This document shows, piece by piece, positions 1-9,564 of a stretch of 64,000 bases of DNA. The stretch comes from Thainema sp. (GTDB lineage: Bacteria; Cyanobacteriota; Cyanobacteriia; Phormidesmidales; Phormidesmidaceae). The position numbers and the translations under genes were made by a program. Numbering within the stretch: the first letter of the stretch is position 1; every line of letters begins with the position of its first letter. The notes below the pieces were generated by a model, which was given only the letters and a program-made list of their open reading frames with translations, made no database searches and was not told the DNA's origin. Location of the stretch: contig JBQLZK010000024.1 of NCBI GenBank assembly GCA_052168235.1, forward strand, positions 1 to 64,000. Direction: 5' to 3'.

Positions 1-151
1 AGGGCACTCACTCCATTATATTTTCATCTCCTCAGCGGATGACGTGCTCCCAACCGAATTCGCCTTTTAGCTACAAATCATTTAAAAATCGTATCTCCAA
101 GGCGAATTTAGTTAGTTTAATTTCTGGAGCTTTGAATAGATTATTTAATCC

Positions 152-1303
152 TTAAATAATGTTCCTTAACAATTTTTTGATTTGGCCATTAATGCGGCTT
201 ATGCGGTATTTTGATCCTGCTATTTCCTTCGCAGCAGCAGCAACATTTTGTATAGCTTCAGGATTTTTTGCACAGTAATTAATTAAATCACCTAATTTTT
301 CAGAATTACCTGGTGAATACAGCCAACCTGTATAACTATGATCAATCAGTTCAAGAGCACCGCCTGCTGCCGTTGCAACAACTGGTGTACCGCAAAGCAT
401 CGCTTCGACAATTACTCGACCAAAAGGTTCTGGGAAAGTAGACGTATGAGCCACTACATCACAGGCATGCATCAAAGGTGCAATATCAGAGCGAAAACCC
501 AAAAAGTGTACGCGGTCATGCAAATTATAGACTTGAATTAAACGGTGTAATTCAGCCACATAATCATGTTCACCAAACAAGGCATCACCGACTAAAAGTA
601 CAACAACGTTGTTTGGGCAATGGGTAAGAGCTTCAATTAGAACATGCTGGCCCTTCCAGGGAGAAAGGCGACTAAAACTACCGACCACGAACTTGTCGCT
701 AAGCTTGAGCTCTCGTCGTAGCTGCTGGTATGCGCTTTCAGCAACATCGTAATCTTCTGCTCGAAACCCGTTATGGACAACATGAACCAAATTAGATTGA
801 CCACCAGCTTTAATAAATGCTTCTCGGCTGGCTTCAGAATTCGCAATTATGAGTGATGCACGATTAGCTAAAGTGACTAAGATTCGGCGATTAGTTATGC
901 TAAAGTGTTCTGGAGAAACTATATCATGTAAATGATACACAAAAAGACGACCACTCAAAAAACTAGCAACTGCGCCCGCAATCAGTGCCTTTGGAGTGTT
1001 TATATAAAGTAGATCATATTTTTGACTGATTTGAACAATATTAAAAATCAAAGGAAGTAATTGTCTCAGACTTTTGAGTCCTGCAAGTAAATGGCTATCC
1101 TTTCGTACTGTGATAGCTTCTTCCATTAAAACTTGGACAGGGATGTTCAGTTGACGTAAGTATTCGGGGAAAGCTCCTTCATTAAAAACACCAACCAAAG
1201 CCCCTTTGTTAAAAGACTGAACAATATCAGCAAGACAGAGCTCTGCGCCACCTAAACTATTGCTTTGATCTAAAAATAGAACTTTCATACTGTCGTCATT
1301 CAC
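152..1303 (-). CDS. Glycosyltransferase family 4 (GT-B)
   Basis: N-terminal GGAE motif and the GT4 signature EPFGRVIVEAMLCGTPVV. Confidence 0.9.
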   Translation of the reverse strand: MNDDSMKVLFLDQSNSLGGAELCLADIVQSFNKGALVGVFNEGAFPEYLRQLNIPVQVLMEEAITVRKDSHLLAGLKSLRQLLPLIFNIVQISQKYDLLYINTPKALIAGAVASFLSGRLFVYHLHDIVSPEHFSITNRRILVTLANRASLIIANSEASREAFIKAGGQSNLVHVVHNGFRAEDYDVAESAYQQLRRELKLSDKFVVGSFSRLSPWKGQHVLIEALTHCPNNVVVLLVGDALFGEHDYVAELHRLIQVYNLHDRVHFLGFRSDIAPLMHACDVVAHTSTFPEPFGRVIVEAMLCGTPVVATAAGGALELIDHSYTGWLYSPGNSEKLGDLINYCAKNPEAIQNVAAAAKEIAGSKYRISRINGQIKKLLRNII

Positions 1304-1362
1304 TTAGCATGTAAGAACTGTGGGCTGCGGTCACTTTTTCATGCATTCGCAACGTGCTTGAC

Positions 1363-2436
1363 CTACGTTGCAAGAAGTTGAAGCCATTGAGAAGCGACAG
1401 ATTCCAATGAATAAGTCTTGGCTTTACTCTTTGCATTTGCCGACATTTCTTGCCACTTTAACGGTTCGGCAAAAAGATGGCGAATGCATTCTTCAAGCTT
1501 ATCGACTGATTGTTCAGGAACTAAAAAGCCATCTTGCAAATTAGTGATGATAGAGCGTGGGCCAATATGGTTAGAGGCGATCACAGGCAAGCCAGCAGCC
1601 ATTGCCTCAACAATCACCATGCCAAACAATTCTTCCCATCGACTTGTTTTTTGAGAGGGCACTATCAAGGTATGGTGTTTAGCATATATTTCTGCTAATT
1701 GTTCTCGATCAGAAATTTTTCCATACACTATGACATTCGGAAAATCTTGAATTTGCTCAATAAATGGCATAAGAGGACCATTTCCCACAATGCCAAAGTA
1801 AATTGGTAGATCAACTAAACGCTTAATCAATTGAGGCAGTAAGCGGACTCCCTTTTTTTCGATTAATTCGCCTACAAATAAAACGCCAAAGGACTCATCT
1901 CTCCTGTTAGCAGATGCCTTACTAAATGCAGGGCTAACGACATGAGGAATTACGTGAATCTCGGTTTGTGGGAACTCTTTAGCTAAACATTTAGCAGATT
2001 CTGATACAACAGTAACAATTTGAGTGTTAGGGGAGGTTAATACTCGATACCAGCACCACCGAAAAAGATAGCTGAGGAGACCATACTGGCGTGGAACGGT
2101 ATTGATTTGCCAGTTTGGCCATGATGTATGATAAATTAGGCGATTTCTTTTACTGATCATGCCATACCACAGCATTCGAAAATCCCAAGGAGGAATTCCA
2201 AGAATAACTATATTGTCTCTAATATATAAAGTCTGAAATCTAAAAATAGAATTTTTATAAACTCGAAACAAAGCATAACCAATCTTTTGCTTATTTCGCA
2301 ACAAGCTACGGACGAAATGCTTAATTATACTCGACTCCACAATCAACAAGGTGCTTATTTTATTGTCGCTTCTCAAATAAGTTAAAGCTTCAAAATACTT
2401 TTTACCATCAAACTCATGAATAATAGTAATGTTCAT
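1363..2436 (-). CDS. Glycosyltransferase family 4
   Basis: VGELIEKKG and EELFGMVIVEAMAAGLPVI motifs. Confidence 0.88.
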   Translation of the reverse strand: MNITIIHEFDGKKYFEALTYLRSDNKISTLLIVESSIIKHFVRSLLRNKQKIGYALFRVYKNSIFRFQTLYIRDNIVILGIPPWDFRMLWYGMISKRNRLIYHTSWPNWQINTVPRQYGLLSYLFRWCWYRVLTSPNTQIVTVVSESAKCLAKEFPQTEIHVIPHVVSPAFSKASANRRDESFGVLFVGELIEKKGVRLLPQLIKRLVDLPIYFGIVGNGPLMPFIEQIQDFPNVIVYGKISDREQLAEIYAKHHTLIVPSQKTSRWEELFGMVIVEAMAAGLPVIASNHIGPRSIITNLQDGFLVPEQSVDKLEECIRHLFAEPLKWQEMSANAKSKAKTYSLESVASQWLQLLAT

Positions 2437-2523
2437 TTTCCGCGAACCACTGTATGCTAAGAAATTGAAAACTGATCATGTTGAAACGATATTTGAATCT
2501 ATCGCCTATCCTATATATAAAAG

Positions 2524-3312
2524 CTATAAGCAAAATTCGCTGCGAATATCTTCAGTGAGAGGTCTAGCCATGAAAAACTTACGGGTTTTCCCCCCGTAAA
2601 ACCTAATAAGATCTAAATAGTTTTTTTCTTTCTCTATAAAATACTGAAGAAAGATATTATCGCCATGCTCAGTTACATAAACAGAGCCTCTAAACGGAAG
2701 TGGTTTCATGGGAGTGTTGATACTATCAAAATAACCTCGAATAAGCTTATGATTGAGAAAATTCTTATCAACATCCATATCTTCTTTATTAGGCTTATTT
2801 ACCAAGATCGGCTTAAGAAGATCATATCGAATAATATTACTACTACCGCTTTTCTGATACAGTTTTGACCTCGGATATACAATTTTTTTATTGTTGGGGT
2901 ACTCAAAACCTTTATCTACGTACCAGCCATTTTCATAAATATTTTCTTGCACATATTTTGCTAAGCGGCAGCTAACGCAATCATCTGCATCAACAAACAT
3001 AACATGTGTAGGATCTAATGATTCCGCATATACAGAACCTAACCATAACTTCATTTTATGATCAAAACATTTTTTTTGAATATCCTTTGATGGATTTTCT
3101 GTTGTTTTAGGAGGTAAAAAGTCAGCAAATAAGTACTCCACATTCTTATGCGAGAAATTAATAATTGGTTTTTCATGGCAAACTACTATCACCTTAAACT
3201 CTTGGGATGTTTGTTGACAAACTGACTTCAAAGTGCGTTCAAATAAGAGACTAACGGTGCTCCATGAATTTGATACTGTTTGGCTTTTGATCGGAATAAT
3301 AAAAACAAGCAT
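2524..3312 (-). CDS. Putative GT2/GT-A-like glycosyltransferase
   Basis: N-terminal FIIP strand, SVCQQT, DADD (DxD) motif; lies in the EPS cluster. Confidence 0.7.
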   Translation of the reverse strand: MLVFIIPIKSQTVSNSWSTVSLLFERTLKSVCQQTSQEFKVIVVCHEKPIINFSHKNVEYLFADFLPPKTTENPSKDIQKKCFDHKMKLWLGSVYAESLDPTHVMFVDADDCVSCRLAKYVQENIYENGWYVDKGFEYPNNKKIVYPRSKLYQKSGSSNIIRYDLLKPILVNKPNKEDMDVDKNFLNHKLIRGYFDSINTPMKPLPFRGSVYVTEHGDNIFLQYFIEKEKNYLDLIRFYGGKTRKFFMARPLTEDIRSEFCL

Positions 3313-3375
3313 TTTTTGTAACGAGTTCCTTTATTTAGTAATTACTACTTAGTTCTTACAAAGAAAAGATGCTTT

Positions 3376-4326
3376 TCATGTATCTTTCTTGTTTATTGCC
3401 AAGCTTACTCTAGAACTACGTCTAAATTTGTTAATAGTCCTTTTATAAACATCAATGAACCTCAAAATTTGTCTTTCAGAATTAGTGATATCTAATGCTG
3501 CGTTACCGTACTTTGGCATATATCCAAGAGTCTGAAGAAAATCGCCGGTAATCAACTCAAAAATCTCTATTTCTCTATCCCTCAGTTTCTTCTCCCATGC
3601 AGATATCCGGCTTTTATCTAAGCTTTTCCCAATAAGTTGATGGTGAGAAATCGTATAACTTGGCAGCCTAAATCCTGTTGCTGATAGCATCTCTGGCTGA
3701 TAACCCAGTTCAAGAAAATTGCAAATTTTCTTTATGGTATTTTCTGGATTAGCAATCAATTCCTCATAGTGCACTCGCATGATTTGGGAATTATTAAGTA
3801 CAGATTCAGCGTTTAAACCGTGTGCTACGCTCTCCACCCACCAATAAGCTGCCCGATCTATAGTATTTGGCCCCCAGTCAAGAGGTAATACTGATGCTGC
3901 AGTAGCTCTTCCATCTCTAACAATATGAATCATTTTTGCTGTAGGAAAGAACTTAAGAAGAGTCAACGGGTAAACTAAATTTCGGGGAGTATGATCAATC
4001 CAAAATTCAAAGTTGGATTTGTTAACTTCCTCACTATAACTCTTGACAATAAGCTTCATAACATCAGATGGATGATCATCTATATCTTTCCAACTATTTG
4101 ACTTAGATATAATATCCATTTGCCAAATTCTATATCTAATCTTTTTGTGGAGTCTTAGTACAAAGTCAAAGCTATTAAAATACCTACCCTCACTAGCGTA
4201 TGCTTGAAATAGATCAAACTTAAAGTATGCCTCTGGAATAGTAAGACAATCACTGTGTGTGCCTAGAATAGCTCCAAGAACAGTTGTTCCACTTCTTTCA
4301 CATCCACCAATAAACACAGGCTGCAT
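3376..4326 (-). CDS. PAPS-dependent sulfotransferase
   Basis: 5'-PSB motif GCERSGTT, 3'-PB motif HIVRDGRATAAS, and YEEL. Confidence 0.9.
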   Translation of the reverse strand: MQPVFIGGCERSGTTVLGAILGTHSDCLTIPEAYFKFDLFQAYASEGRYFNSFDFVLRLHKKIRYRIWQMDIISKSNSWKDIDDHPSDVMKLIVKSYSEEVNKSNFEFWIDHTPRNLVYPLTLLKFFPTAKMIHIVRDGRATAASVLPLDWGPNTIDRAAYWWVESVAHGLNAESVLNNSQIMRVHYEELIANPENTIKKICNFLELGYQPEMLSATGFRLPSYTISHHQLIGKSLDKSRISAWEKKLRDREIEIFELITGDFLQTLGYMPKYGNAALDITNSERQILRFIDVYKRTINKFRRSSRVSLAINKKDT

Positions 4327-4368
4327 AGTTTCCTCACCAAAAAGTTTTGATACTTGAAAATTTATTAT

Positions 4369-5553
4369 TTAAGCTTTTGTTAGTTCATAATATTTCTGCT
4401 CAAGTTCTTCCACTATCTTTTCCCATGAGAAATTATTTTCAACATGTTTTCTGTTAAAATTACCCATGCTTATTTGTAAACTATTTGATTGGATGATTTG
4501 TAACAGAGCAGAAGCAAGTTGTTCCGGGTTCCCAGGTTCAACTTTGTAGCCTCCTCTTTCATCAACTAAATACTTTAAGCCACCAGAATCACTAGCGACA
4601 ATAGGTTTTCCACACGCCATGCCTTCAAGAGCAACCATTCCAAATGGCTCACTGAATGATGGCACGCACATAACTGTACAATCTTGAATTAGTTCAAGTG
4701 CTTTCTGCCTGCTTACTTTTCCAAACAAAAAGACTTGAGAGTAAGAGTTCATACTCTGTATTTTGTCTTTAACCTTTTCAATTTCTTGATGCCAACTTCC
4801 AGCTATCCAAAGCTGACAGTTAGGAACTTGTAAATTTACACGTTCAAATGCGTCAAGTAACGTAAAAATCCCTTTATAGCGCGTCACTTTCCCTAAAAAA
4901 AGTATTTTTGGAATTCGAGATTTATTTTTTTCGCAAGGAGCGGGAAAAAATTTTTTGACGTCAATCCCATGAGAAAGATTATGAACTTTCGTCTTGTTCC
5001 TTTGAGACAATAAAATTCTGTTATATGCTGCTGGTGTAGCAACTAATAGAGTTGACGCTTGTTCTTGTTGAAACAATAATAATATATTTTTCAAAAAAAA
5101 TATAATTCTATTTAGCTGATACCTTATTGAGAATAGTTTAGATAAAAAGCTTCTCCTTCTAGCTGATGTTGCCACAACTGGGCCCAGAATCAAGGGAATC
5201 TCCAATCTTCCTAATGCTAAAGTTAATCCAGGGACAACAGGATTAAGCTGATGTACTATATCTACAGAATATTGATTTCTAATTTCATTAAATATTTTTT
5301 TAACCTTTAGTATGTAAACTATTCGACCAATTAAATTGGTAGATTTGTGAATATTGGATGAATAAAGCTTGATATTCTCAGGTAGATTACCCTTGATGTC
5401 AATTGAATTAGCCATTACATGTAAAGTATGGCCTTTTGCAGCTAATCTACTTATAAATTCAAAAGCTACTAAGCCATCACCATGAGGTTGATGATTAGTC
5501 AACAAGTCGGATGGATGGACAATAAAGATTGACAGCTTTTTCTCTTTTGGCAT
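4369..5553 (-). CDS. Glycosyltransferase family 4
   Basis: HGID, GKVTRYKG and EPFGMVALEGMACGKPIV motifs. Confidence 0.9.
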   Translation of the reverse strand: MPKEKKLSIFIVHPSDLLTNHQPHGDGLVAFEFISRLAAKGHTLHVMANSIDIKGNLPENIKLYSSNIHKSTNLIGRIVYILKVKKIFNEIRNQYSVDIVHQLNPVVPGLTLALGRLEIPLILGPVVATSARRRSFLSKLFSIRYQLNRIIFFLKNILLLFQQEQASTLLVATPAAYNRILLSQRNKTKVHNLSHGIDVKKFFPAPCEKNKSRIPKILFLGKVTRYKGIFTLLDAFERVNLQVPNCQLWIAGSWHQEIEKVKDKIQSMNSYSQVFLFGKVSRQKALELIQDCTVMCVPSFSEPFGMVALEGMACGKPIVASDSGGLKYLVDERGGYKVEPGNPEQLASALLQIIQSNSLQISMGNFNRKHVENNFSWEKIVEELEQKYYELTKA

Positions 5554-5646
5554 GATTGACAGACACTTATTTTTATTGCTGTTGATTTATTCACAGACAA
5601 AGAAGATATATCAGGATTATCTTGAACAAATTAGGTGAAAACTATT

Positions 5647-7071
5647 TTATAAATTAGCAATTTCGCTGCAATTTATGTGCCTTAAGGATTTATTGCTAAA
5701 CTTTATCTTTTGCGCTCTATATTTTTGAGCAGCCATCCCTATACCTAAAAATCCCCAAAGAATTTGGCCAGGTAAACCAAGCATAACAGAGCCAAACAGC
5801 ATTTGAATGATCATGCCAACACTTATTGCACGTGCTGAGCTAGCAAAAGCATCACGTTTTATATAAGGATCAACTAAAAGCCGAAGCAAGATCAAGATCA
5901 TTCCACCAATATAAAAGGCAGATCCTACCCAACCTAAAGTCAATAAGATATCTAAGACTGCGCTATCCAGTAGACCGCGATTATAGCCAAAGCCATCACC
6001 TAAAAAATTAATTAAAGCCACGCCTAGCAGACGATTATAGTGACCTAACCGTGCTTCAGCGCTACCATCCTCTGAACCGCTGGTAAATGATTGAAGCCTC
6101 TCAGTAATGAATTCAGAAAATGGATCTAAAAATATGAGAGGAATAACACACATTGATCCAACTACCATAATTAGAATCAAGCGAATTTGAAGACTAGATT
6201 TCAAGGAAGTGAACAGCGTTGCTATAGCAAGTAGCCAGCCTATCCAAGCTGAACGAACTAACGATAGTAAAAACGATAAGTATCCAAAAGCTGTTGCTGG
6301 TAAGTTTAGAAAAGTCATATTACTAGGCAGAAGTAACAGAGCAGCCATCATAACTTGTGCAAAAACTCCAGGGCCGTTCATTGTGCTCCATACACGAATT
6401 TTAAGTGGTGCCGGATCTCCAAAAGCTCTAGCACTCTCGCTGATAAGAATATTTCTTTCAAGCCACACTCGATCCCATGCAGGGGCAGTTAGATACTGAA
6501 TCATCCCATAAATGCCTACAATTAGAGCACACCAAAGAAAAATTCTCTTTATATTTTTCTCTAGACTTGGATAGTCTTGCCATTGAGAATATAAATAAAA
6601 TCCAAATATAAGAGGACATATCCATTCAAGAGAGTTAGTAACAACAGAAACGTATGATGATTTTATGAATCCTATCAATAGCGCGTAGATTATTCCAATT
6701 GTAGACAAGCTAAAATAAATTTCTACCTCACTTTTAGGATTACCAATTTTCTTGAAAAGAGCATATCCACTAACTAGTGTTACTAAGTATGGAGTTAATA
6801 TTATCGAGCTTGGATCAGTATAACTGGAACTATAATCCACTAATCGACGTATTAATGGAGCAAGGAACCAAATCCACCAGTTAAAACCTATGTATAAAAA
6901 AGTGTGCTTTAAGTAAAGATATATTCCTATCAATGTCGCCATTGCCGGAAAAATTATATTGAGAAGGTTAGGTGCTCCTAAAAAAACAACCAAGGAAGTT
7001 ACTACAAAACCCAAAATTGCTGTCCAGGCTGCTGCTGGCTTAAATATTCTAAACATTTTATTTACCAACAA
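5647..7071 (-). CDS. O-antigen ligase/polymerase (Wzy-like) membrane protein
   Basis: Many TM segments; RVWSTMNGPG, SLVRSAW, SAEAR and GDGFG motifs; EPS context. Confidence 0.8.
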   Translation of the reverse strand: MLVNKMFRIFKPAAAWTAILGFVVTSLVVFLGAPNLLNIIFPAMATLIGIYLYLKHTFLYIGFNWWIWFLAPLIRRLVDYSSSYTDPSSIILTPYLVTLVSGYALFKKIGNPKSEVEIYFSLSTIGIIYALLIGFIKSSYVSVVTNSLEWICPLIFGFYLYSQWQDYPSLEKNIKRIFLWCALIVGIYGMIQYLTAPAWDRVWLERNILISESARAFGDPAPLKIRVWSTMNGPGVFAQVMMAALLLLPSNMTFLNLPATAFGYLSFLLSLVRSAWIGWLLAIATLFTSLKSSLQIRLILIMVVGSMCVIPLIFLDPFSEFITERLQSFTSGSEDGSAEARLGHYNRLLGVALINFLGDGFGYNRGLLDSAVLDILLTLGWVGSAFYIGGMILILLRLLVDPYIKRDAFASSARAISVGMIIQMLFGSVMLGLPGQILWGFLGIGMAAQKYRAQKIKFSNKSLRHINCSEIANL

Positions 7072-7124
7072 GATATTTCACAGTAGTTCTCTTTTTTAGA
7101 AGTAAAGAATGACTTTAATTTCGG

Positions 7125-8552
7125 CTATTTGAATGTAAAAAATTTCTGCGCAACGCAAAGACAATCCTCTTTATTGATTAGTAGGCTAGGAGGGTTTCTT
7201 TTAAGAAGGATAGGAAATAAAGCCAGAATAAATACTAAACGAAACACTGTTGAGATGAGCAAGGATAAACCTGCACCTATAAGTCCCATAGATGGAATTA
7301 ACACCAACATCAAAGGTACATTTAGTGCCAAACCGATTCCTTGTAGAACAGTAACAACGCCTGGGCTTCCAGATGCCATAAATGCTTGTGCTAACATCAT
7401 AGTCGTACCATTTAGAACTACTTGAATAGTCAAAATTTTGAGAACAAGTGCAGCGTCTATAAATTCACTTCCATACAAGATTTTTAGGAGAAGCTGACTA
7501 AAAATAATCACCATCGCTCCAATTAAAATCATTGCAACGAGGTTCAGTCTTGTTGCACGTCCTATCATATCTATGATTTCGTTGATAGGACGTGCGGCTG
7601 CTTTCGGAAATAAAACGGTTGAAAATGAGTTTTGAAAAATATTTAGTATTCGAGATAAACTAAGAGCTACTACGTAAGTCCCCATTGCTGTAGGGCTTAG
7701 AAAGCCTATAACTAAAGCTTGATCAATATTTGTTGCTAGTGCTCCTAGTAGATTAATCCCATACGAGCGAATTCCATATCCAATCAGTAGCCTTGTTGCT
7801 TGATAAATATGATTCCATTTAGGTTTGATTTTGCGGTATAGCTGAATCAAGGTCCAAAGGAAAACTGGCACTCCGTTGAGAATATATGCTAAGGCTGATG
7901 TATATGGATTGAGAGTGTTGGTTACTAAGAGGCCAACTAATAGAAACAAAGTAATAGATGGAATTAGTAGTCGCAAGCGATTTGAAGCGGAAAATTCTTC
8001 ATTTGCTTCAAGAGCAGATAATATTATCAATTGCACTAATGCTATGGGTGCATTAAACATAAGCAAACGTGCAAACTGTATAGTCGGATCTGAATAATTT
8101 TTCAAGAAGGCAGGCATGAAGATAATACCTACAGCCGTAGCAAAAAAACCAGCAAATGTTCCAATTAGTAGAGCTGCGGCAAAAAACTTTGAACGATTTT
8201 CAGGATGCTTTCGAAAATTATAAACTACGGCTGAGGGAAGACCTAATGTTAGAACATTTGCCAAAAATATCGGCCAAAGTATCATTGCAGCTTGTTCTCC
8301 TCGACCTTCAGGACCTAGAAAACGAGCAGTAATAACACCGGTGCCCATGTTGACACCAATAATTAAAAATCTAGCAAAAAGTGTCTGTACGGTTGCGGAA
8401 GCGCTATCTTCGCCCTTTAATATCCATCGAGTTTTGGCTTTAACAGAAGTTTTAATTTTTATAAGGTTAGAAATCATTAACAATCTCCCTTGCCAAAAAC
8501 AGGTGATAATATTAAAGAAATTTTTAAACCAAGTAGTTTTACTACCGATCAA
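7125..8552 (-). CDS. wzx: Polysaccharide flippase (Wzx/MOP family); start may be further downstream
   Basis: Polytopic membrane protein; ARFLGPEGRG, GTYVVA and LYGSEF motifs. Confidence 0.85.
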   Translation of the reverse strand: MIGSKTTWFKNFFNIITCFWQGRLLMISNLIKIKTSVKAKTRWILKGEDSASATVQTLFARFLIIGVNMGTGVITARFLGPEGRGEQAAMILWPIFLANVLTLGLPSAVVYNFRKHPENRSKFFAAALLIGTFAGFFATAVGIIFMPAFLKNYSDPTIQFARLLMFNAPIALVQLIILSALEANEEFSASNRLRLLIPSITLFLLVGLLVTNTLNPYTSALAYILNGVPVFLWTLIQLYRKIKPKWNHIYQATRLLIGYGIRSYGINLLGALATNIDQALVIGFLSPTAMGTYVVALSLSRILNIFQNSFSTVLFPKAAARPINEIIDMIGRATRLNLVAMILIGAMVIIFSQLLLKILYGSEFIDAALVLKILTIQVVLNGTTMMLAQAFMASGSPGVVTVLQGIGLALNVPLMLVLIPSMGLIGAGLSLLISTVFRLVFILALFPILLKRNPPSLLINKEDCLCVAQKFFTFK

Positions 8553-8604
8553 GAAGCATATATTAATTAACTTCGGCAGAGAAACTTAGAGGTGGTCAAG
8601 AAAT

Positions 8605-9510
8605 TTAGTAAGTACTAATTCCTAATATTACTTTTGGAATTGCCAGTAGTAAAAACTGAATATCTCGTTTTAGTGACCAGCTACTCAAATACTGAAGCTC
8701 TGGCTGCTCTAAGTGAGAGCTATTATGTAGGAATAACTTTGTTGACATTTGTCTTGCGCCAGTAATTCCTGGCAGCGCTCTCAAGCAAGACAGAATCTGT
8801 TTGGTTTCGCCCTGATCTATCTCAACTAACATGTAAGGCCGAGGCCCAACCAAGCTGATATTGCCACAAACTACATGAATGAGCTGTGGCAATTTATCTA
8901 AACCACATTTTTTGATCCAGCTACATAACGGTGATTGCCTACTGTTTACGTTTGCAACATTAAACTTATAAAGCCGGAAGAGTCTACCACGATGGCCAAT
9001 TGCCCATTCTTTAGTAAAGATAGTGTTTGGTGACAACCACCAAATTAGTAATGCTAAAGCAAGCAAGATCGGGCTAAAACCCATCAAAATTGCTACGGCA
9101 GTTAACCAGTCAAACGTGCGCTTAATCTGCCAGATGATTGGTTTTTGACGTTTTGGTAGCGCTTGAGCAGGAGGCAATCGCAAAAAAACAGATTTGTCAG
9201 CTTGTTCACAGGCGTCTGCCCAGCATTTGATTGCGTCTTCTCCTAAATTTGGATCTAAGCAAACAGCTTCAATAGATGAATGCTCCAAACATTCTTTTAG
9301 CCACTGAGAATTACTCAATGCAGGCAAATAATTTCCCTGCTGTTGAGGCATAGCTCGAACCCATAGTTTATCGAATCGCCATTTAAGCTGATAGCTAGGC
9401 CCTTCAAAGCTATCTGTACTGTCTGTTGCATCAAGCAGTAAAACCCTAGAAGTTCTTAGTACAACTTTAGAAGCCACCATGTTTTTTACCTCCAGATCCT
9501 CAAGAATCAT
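8605..9510 (-). CDS. hepC: HepC-like sugar transferase (priming glycosyltransferase family)
   Basis: KRTFD, GHRGRLFRLYKF, LDKLPQL, SLVGPRP and PGITG motifs, plus a cyanobacterial HepC-type N-terminal extension. Confidence 0.75.
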   Translation of the reverse strand: MILEDLEVKNMVASKVVLRTSRVLLLDATDSTDSFEGPSYQLKWRFDKLWVRAMPQQQGNYLPALSNSQWLKECLEHSSIEAVCLDPNLGEDAIKCWADACEQADKSVFLRLPPAQALPKRQKPIIWQIKRTFDWLTAVAILMGFSPILLALALLIWWLSPNTIFTKEWAIGHRGRLFRLYKFNVANVNSRQSPLCSWIKKCGLDKLPQLIHVVCGNISLVGPRPYMLVEIDQGETKQILSCLRALPGITGARQMSTKLFLHNSSHLEQPELQYLSSWSLKRDIQFLLLAIPKVILGISTY

Positions 9511-9564
9511 CAGAAATCCAGCGTCTTACTAATATCTAAATCCTGGCAGTGCAGAGTTTTCAGC

